Of a stretch of 10,504 nucleotides of DNA, positions 6,079 through 10,504 are shown in pieces. Below the pieces are notes generated by a model. That model was not told the origin of the DNA. It saw nothing but the letters and a program-made list of their open reading frames with translations, and ran no database searches. A program made the translations under genes and the position numbers. The first letter of the stretch is position 1, and the number at the start of each line of letters is the position of its first letter. Source of the DNA: an uncultured archaeon (GTDB lineage: Archaea > Asgardarchaeota > Thorarchaeia > Thorarchaeales > Thorarchaeaceae); the NCBI GenBank assembly GCA_964648855.1, contig CAZYLT010000038.1, positions 1 to 10,504 of the forward strand. Reading direction: 5' to 3'.

Positions 6079-6774
6079 ATGTTGGAAAAGAAGAATGTCA
6101 CTCTGCGGCTTTGTCTCTCTGTTACTGGAAAGACACCTGAGGCTTGCATAGCGGCATTATCATCTAATGAGGTTGACCTGTTTGAACATCGAATGGATTT
6201 CATGACTCGGATAGAACGAATTGATGAAATTTATGGCGCCACATCACGCCCCATCATTGCTACTTGCAGACCAACTCGCTTCGGTGGGCTTTTTGATGGA
6301 AATGAGAGAGATAAAATGAGCCATCTCTTGGAGGCGTTATCAGTAGGTGCTCAATATATTGACCTGGATTTGGACACCACAAAACCAGTAATCGACAAAC
6401 TCAAACAGGCTGTCCGCCGCTCTGGGTCTGCTCTTATACTCTCAAAGCATTATTGGATGAACACACCCTCGAGCACATCGCTGAAAGATACTATCAAAAA
6501 GATGCGCAGATTGGAACCAGACATCATCAAGATTGTAACTATGGCGAATGACAGGATTGACTGTCTACGAATACTTCAATTATATGGACGTTCTACTGAA
6601 TCAGAAATCCCACTTATCGCCTTCGCAATGGGTCATCTAGGCAAGTTCACAAGAGTTTCTTCTCTCTTCTTGGGGGCTCCATTTGGCTATGTTTCGCTCA
6701 ATTCAGAAGAGAAAGCGGCTCCCGGGCAAATCACTCTATCAAGAATGAAGTCCATCTTGGAGGTGCTTATTTGA
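6079..6774 (+). CDS. aroD: Type I 3-dehydroquinate dehydratase
   Basis: E.R.D, IATCR....GG, YIDLD, SKH (catalytic His), DIIKIV (Schiff-base Lys), AMG..G..TR and AAPGQ. The start is ATG 6079 or TTG 6082. Confidence 0.95.
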   Translation: MLEKKNVTLRLCLSVTGKTPEACIAALSSNEVDLFEHRMDFMTRIERIDEIYGATSRPIIATCRPTRFGGLFDGNERDKMSHLLEALSVGAQYIDLDLDTTKPVIDKLKQAVRRSGSALILSKHYWMNTPSSTSLKDTIKKMRRLEPDIIKIVTMANDRIDCLRILQLYGRSTESEIPLIAFAMGHLGKFTRVSSLFLGAPFGYVSLNSEEKAAPGQITLSRMKSILEVLI

Positions 6775-7619
6775 AAACCATTGTACTACTAGGAGAGAAA
6801 ACTGAGCACTCGTTTAGTCCTCTAATTCATAATGCTGCATTCAAGGAATTGGGACTGGAACATGATTACGAATACCGACTGTTGTCGGTTTCCAAGAATG
6901 AATTAGCTGAAATAGTACAAGAAATTGCGGACGGGCATCTTGAGGGTGCCAATGTCACCATTCCATACAAGACCCATATCATGAAATATCTGTCGGACTT
7001 TGATAGTGAAGCAAAGAAAATTGGTGCAGTTAATACTCTATATCGCCAAGGAAGCCGAGTGGTAGGGTGCAACACTGATATCCAAGGATTCGTAAAAGTC
7101 CTTGCAAAAACTGGTATTCAAATTCGTGGCCTCAGAGTGGGAGTGGTAGGTGCTGGGGGGGCTGCAAGAGCTGTCGTTTATGCCCTTGCTAATCAAGAAG
7201 TCGAAGAATTATGTCTATTCAATCGAACATTATCAAAGGCCACTCGATTGGTTGACGATATTAGGGAACTTCTTCCCCTGGAACTCACGGTGAGAGGCTA
7301 TCCTATTAGAGCACCCCTCGATCATTTAGACTTCTTTGTGAATTGCACACCAATTGGAATGCAGGGTCACTCTTTGGGAAAGACTCCTGTCAACAAGGAA
7401 TTCCTTCACGAGCGACTCACAGTGGTAGATTTGGTCTACAATCCGCTAAAGACGAAATTACTCCAAGATGCTGAGGAGGTTGGCTGTACAACCATCCATG
7501 GTGCACATTTGTTGGTCCATCAGGGAGCCATCTCTTTTGAAAAGTGGACTGGAATATCACCGCCAATTGCTGTGATGAATAGAGAATTGCTGCAGGCTTT
7601 GAGAGGTGGGTTGCCTTGA
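6771..7619 (+). CDS. aroE: Shikimate dehydrogenase
   Basis: HSFSP..HN, GANVTIPYK, GAVNT, NTD..GF, GAGGAARA, NRT..K, NCTPIGM, DLVYNP..T and HQG..SFE.WTG. TTGA overlap, with SD GGAGGTG at 6759-6765. Confidence 0.97.
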   Translation: MKTIVLLGEKTEHSFSPLIHNAAFKELGLEHDYEYRLLSVSKNELAEIVQEIADGHLEGANVTIPYKTHIMKYLSDFDSEAKKIGAVNTLYRQGSRVVGCNTDIQGFVKVLAKTGIQIRGLRVGVVGAGGAARAVVYALANQEVEELCLFNRTLSKATRLVDDIRELLPLELTVRGYPIRAPLDHLDFFVNCTPIGMQGHSLGKTPVNKEFLHERLTVVDLVYNPLKTKLLQDAEEVGCTTIHGAHLLVHQGAISFEKWTGISPPIAVMNRELLQALRGGLP

Positions 7620-8140
7620 ATCCGAATAAGAAACAGATTGGAATCTTCGGTTTCATGGGGGCCGGAAAGACCACGGTTGGAGAATCATTGGCGGAAACTC
7701 TAAACTGGGAGTTCTTTGACACGGACCAGCTAATTGAGAAACGGGCAGGAATGAAAATCAGCGAAATATTTGCTGACAAAGGTGAAGAAGCTTTTCGAGA
7801 GATCGAGCGTAGCGTTGTTGCTGAAGTGTGCAAGCAAGAGACCGCAGTAATCAGCTTTGGAGGTGGAGTGCCACTAGACAGCAGAAGCCGCCGTATCATC
7901 AGAAACAATATCACATCAGTACTACTGAGGGCCTCTCCGAAGACCATCGCTGCAAGAACTTCCAATTCCAATAAAAGGCCGCTCTTGAATTCTGAGCGAC
8001 CAAACCGCCAAGAAATCATTGAACAACTCATGGACCGAAGGGAATCATTCTATGCTGAGATCCAAGACATAGAAATCGTGACTGATGATTTGAGCGTGCA
8101 AGATGTAGTAGAGATCATACTTGAGAGGTTGAGTCTTTGA
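7616..8140 (+). CDS. aroK: Shikimate kinase (P-loop AroK/AroL type)
   Basis: GFMGAGKTT Walker A, DTD, GEEAFR..E, GGG and RPLL. TTGA overlap, with SD GAGGTG at 7603-7608. Confidence 0.96.
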   Translation: MNPNKKQIGIFGFMGAGKTTVGESLAETLNWEFFDTDQLIEKRAGMKISEIFADKGEEAFREIERSVVAEVCKQETAVISFGGGVPLDSRSRRIIRNNITSVLLRASPKTIAARTSNSNKRPLLNSERPNRQEIIEQLMDRRESFYAEIQDIEIVTDDLSVQDVVEIILERLSL

Positions 8141-9441
8141 AAGCAATAGTCTATCCTTCAAAAATCAAAGGAACAATATCTGCGCCCCCTTCCAAGAGCT
8201 ACACACATCGTGCTATAGTATGTGGGCTCCTATCAAATGGAACCAGTACTGTTGAGAATCCTCTCTACTGTGATGACACAAACGCAACAATCAATCTTGC
8301 CGAAATGGTGGGGGCAAAAATAAAGCGTGGCAAAAATCTGAGGATAACTCCTCCCTCGATGCTTCTGGCTCCACCAAGTGAGATGAACTGCCATGCATCC
8401 GGAACAACGTTGAGGCTGTTTTCTGGCATAGCAGCATTGGTTGATGGAAAGTGTGTTTTAACCGGCGATTCAACCCTACTGAGGAGGCCCATTGGGGGTC
8501 TTGTCAACGCACTTCAGCAACTCGGTATTGATGCGAAATGTCTTGGCATACATGGGAAACCCCCAGTAGAGATTTTGGGAAACGGACACATTGACGGAAA
8601 TGAAGCAATAATTCGGGGAGATATATCATCACAGTATATCACAAGTCTTCTCCTTCCTTGTGCTAGAGCTGAAAATTCAGTAACAATTCGGATTACCAGT
8701 GATCTTGAATCACAACCTTATGTTGATATGACCATTCAAGTCATGAATGATTATGGAGTGACTGTCAAACCATCCTCAAATTGGCGAGAGATACACATCG
8801 AGGGTAGACAGGAATATCTTCCCATCACATACGAAGTTGAAGGTGACTATTCATCGGCTTCATTCCTACTTGCCGCAGGAGCCATCGCGGGAAGCATTGA
8901 CGTAACTAATTTGGAAAAAGAAACGCTTCAAGGGGATGCCAAAATTCTACACTATCTAGAGAAAATGGGTATAGAGATCTGCAGTTTTGACGACCATTTC
9001 TCTCTCGAATCTAATACTCTGAACGCCCAAACTATCGATGTATCAAACACGCCTGATTTAGTTCCAATCTTAGCCGTTTTGGCTAGCCAAGCAAAGGGGG
9101 TTACAAAAATCATCAATGCATCTCGCCTGCGCTTTAAAGAGAGTGACCGTCTAAGAACGACAACTAAGGAACTTGCGAAATTAGGTGCTGATATCCATGA
9201 ACTTGCTGACGGTATTGAAATTAAAGGCCCTGTATCATTACAGGGAGGGATAGTGAACCCTCACAATGACCATCGAATCGCCATGGCTGGGGCAATAGTC
9301 GGACTCATTGCGAAACTCCCTGTTGTTGTAGAGAATATTGAGTGTGTGAATAAAAGTTATCCCAGTTTCATTCAAGACCTTGAGTCGGTTGGAGCTCAAA
9401 TAGAACTCTTAGAAAATGGACAGGAGGATGATATTAATTGA
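8137..9441 (+). CDS. aroA: EPSP synthase (3-phosphoshikimate 1-carboxyvinyltransferase)
   Basis: PPSKS.THRA, SGTTLR, RP, SSQY, S.PYV..T, EGDYSSA, PDL.P, LR.KESDR, DHRIAMA and KSYP.F. TTGA overlap, with SD GAGGT at 8125-8129. Confidence 0.97.
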   Translation: MKAIVYPSKIKGTISAPPSKSYTHRAIVCGLLSNGTSTVENPLYCDDTNATINLAEMVGAKIKRGKNLRITPPSMLLAPPSEMNCHASGTTLRLFSGIAALVDGKCVLTGDSTLLRRPIGGLVNALQQLGIDAKCLGIHGKPPVEILGNGHIDGNEAIIRGDISSQYITSLLLPCARAENSVTIRITSDLESQPYVDMTIQVMNDYGVTVKPSSNWREIHIEGRQEYLPITYEVEGDYSSASFLLAAGAIAGSIDVTNLEKETLQGDAKILHYLEKMGIEICSFDDHFSLESNTLNAQTIDVSNTPDLVPILAVLASQAKGVTKIINASRLRFKESDRLRTTTKELAKLGADIHELADGIEIKGPVSLQGGIVNPHNDHRIAMAGAIVGLIAKLPVVVENIECVNKSYPSFIQDLESVGAQIELLENGQEDDIN

Positions 9442-10504
9442 CATATTCATTCGGCAAAATCTTCAGAATTCAGATTTTTGGCGAGAGCCATGGAGAGTGC
9501 GTTGGAGTTACGATAGATGGATGTCCCCCTGGTGTAAACATCAGCCGCTCTCAAATTCAATCAGAATTAGAGAAAAGGCGGCCTGGTAGATGCAGATTAT
9601 CATCGACACGAAAAGAGTCCGATACAGTCCGGATTCATAGTGGTGTCTGGCGTGGAAAAACGACTGGTGCTCCATTGACTATGACAATCCTGAATGAGGA
9701 TATTGATTCATCTCCATATATTCAAACCAAGGATATCATCAGGCCTGGTCATGCTGATTATACAGCAGCGATAAAATATGCCGCACACAATGATTCTCGG
9801 GGCGGCGGGGTCTTTTCTGGAAGAATGACTGCCGCCCTAGTGATGGCTGGAAGTATAGCCAAGAGTATACTTGCATCTTCCCCAATTGAGGCACTGTCTC
9901 ATGTTGTACAAATTGGCAATGTCAGATTAGAGTCAACACCTTCCAACGACACAATCCGGGAGTTGGTATTTACTAATGATGCAAGATGTGCAGACAATGT
10001 GACTGCCTCTCTAATGGCTGATGAAATCACAAGCGCAAGAAATGAAGGGGACTCCATCGGAGGAATTATTGAATGTCGTATAATCGGCGTACCGGTTGGC
10101 TTGGGTGAGCCATTCTTTGATTCGATTGAGAGTGTGATAAGCCACGCAATCTTCAGCATTCCAGGAGTAAAAGGAATCGAATTTGGTGCAGGATTTAGTG
10201 CTGCCTCAATGCGCGGCTCAGAACACAATGACCCTCCCGTGATCAAGAATGGTGCTATAGGTTGGTCCAAGAACGATGCTGGAGGAGTTCTTGGGGGAAT
10301 CTCAAATGGTGATTCAATAACCTTCAGAGTAGCTTTCAAACCAACTCCAACCATATCCCTTGCTCAGGAAACTGTGAACATGGACCAGATGAAAGAAACC
10401 GTGTTGCGTTCAAGAGGTAGACATGATCCATGTATTGTTCCTCGGGCCACTCCTGTAGTAGCCAGTGTCGCCTCAATTGTTATTGCTGACTTTCTAATGA
10501 GAGC
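9438..10504 (+). CDS. aroC: Chorismate synthase (stop lies beyond the right edge of the window)
   Basis: Absent from the ORF track because it has no stop. Hand translation is open for 355 codons: MTYSFGKIFRIQIFGESHG...IDGCPPG...RRPG...TTGAP...RPGHADY...RGGGVFSGRMTA...GDSIGG...GLGEPFFD...IPGVKGIEFGAG...GGVLGGISNG...FKPTPTI...GRHDPCIVPRA. TTGA overlap with aroA, with SD AGGAGG at 9422-9427. Confidence 0.97.
   Translation, partial: MTYSFGKIFRIQIFGESHGECVGVTIDGCPPGVNISRSQIQSELEKRRPGRCRLSSTRKESDTVRIHSGVWRGKTTGAPLTMTILNEDIDSSPYIQTKDIIRPGHADYTAAIKYAAHNDSRGGGVFSGRMTAALVMAGSIAKSILASSPIEALSHVVQIGNVRLESTPSNDTIRELVFTNDARCADNVTASLMADEITSARNEGDSIGGIIECRIIGVPVGLGEPFFDSIESVISHAIFSIPGVKGIEFGAGFSAASMRGSEHNDPPVIKNGAIGWSKNDAGGVLGGISNGDSITFRVAFKPTPTISLAQETVNMDQMKETVLRSRGRHDPCIVPRATPVVASVASIVIADFLMR

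Noticed and set aside
6265-6288. AroD has Phe in place of the usual Glu of the R...EGG motif, suggesting possible inactivation
   Set aside because: The Schiff-base Lys, catalytic His, substrate Arg and APGQ are intact, and this Glu is recalled as non-essential. There is no sign of pseudogenisation.
6765-6780. Programmed -1 frameshifting at TTGA junctions to make AROM-like fusions
   Set aside because: There is no canonical X-XXY-YYZ slippery heptamer, and each junction has its own SD, which favours reinitiation.
2284-10354. Minus-strand ORFs inside the operon (for example 4912-5544, 7417-8031, 9899-10354)
   Set aside because: They lie antisense to well-conserved enzymes and show no domain-like features, as is typical of shadow ORFs.

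Overview
The window has two divergent transcription units, probably from an archaeon. That assignment is an inference from BRE/TATA-like promoter elements, GGAGG/GAGGTG ribosome-binding sites and archaeal-style TyrA and chorismate mutase-aminotransferase proteins; the lineage cannot be fixed without a search. On the minus strand, an acyl-CoA dehydrogenase (start about 1184) runs off the left edge. On the plus strand, a nine-gene aromatic amino acid operon (1646 to beyond 10504) encodes a chorismate mutase-aminotransferase fusion, tyrA, aroB, aroF (ACT-domain DAHP synthase), aroD, aroE, aroK, aroA and aroC. This is all seven steps of the classical shikimate pathway plus the Tyr branch. The most interesting part is the 460-bp intergenic region. 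It holds a 10-bp-phased array of TGTACA-like (TRP-box-like) hexamers over the putative promoter, a 31-bp palindrome, and a Tyr-rich 26-codon uORF that overlaps one hairpin and precedes a second hairpin plus a pyrimidine tract, an attenuator-like layout. Six of the nine operon genes start with TTG, five through TTGA stop/start overlaps. The operon is roughly 10 points lower in GC than the neighbouring dehydrogenase (hand-sampled estimate).
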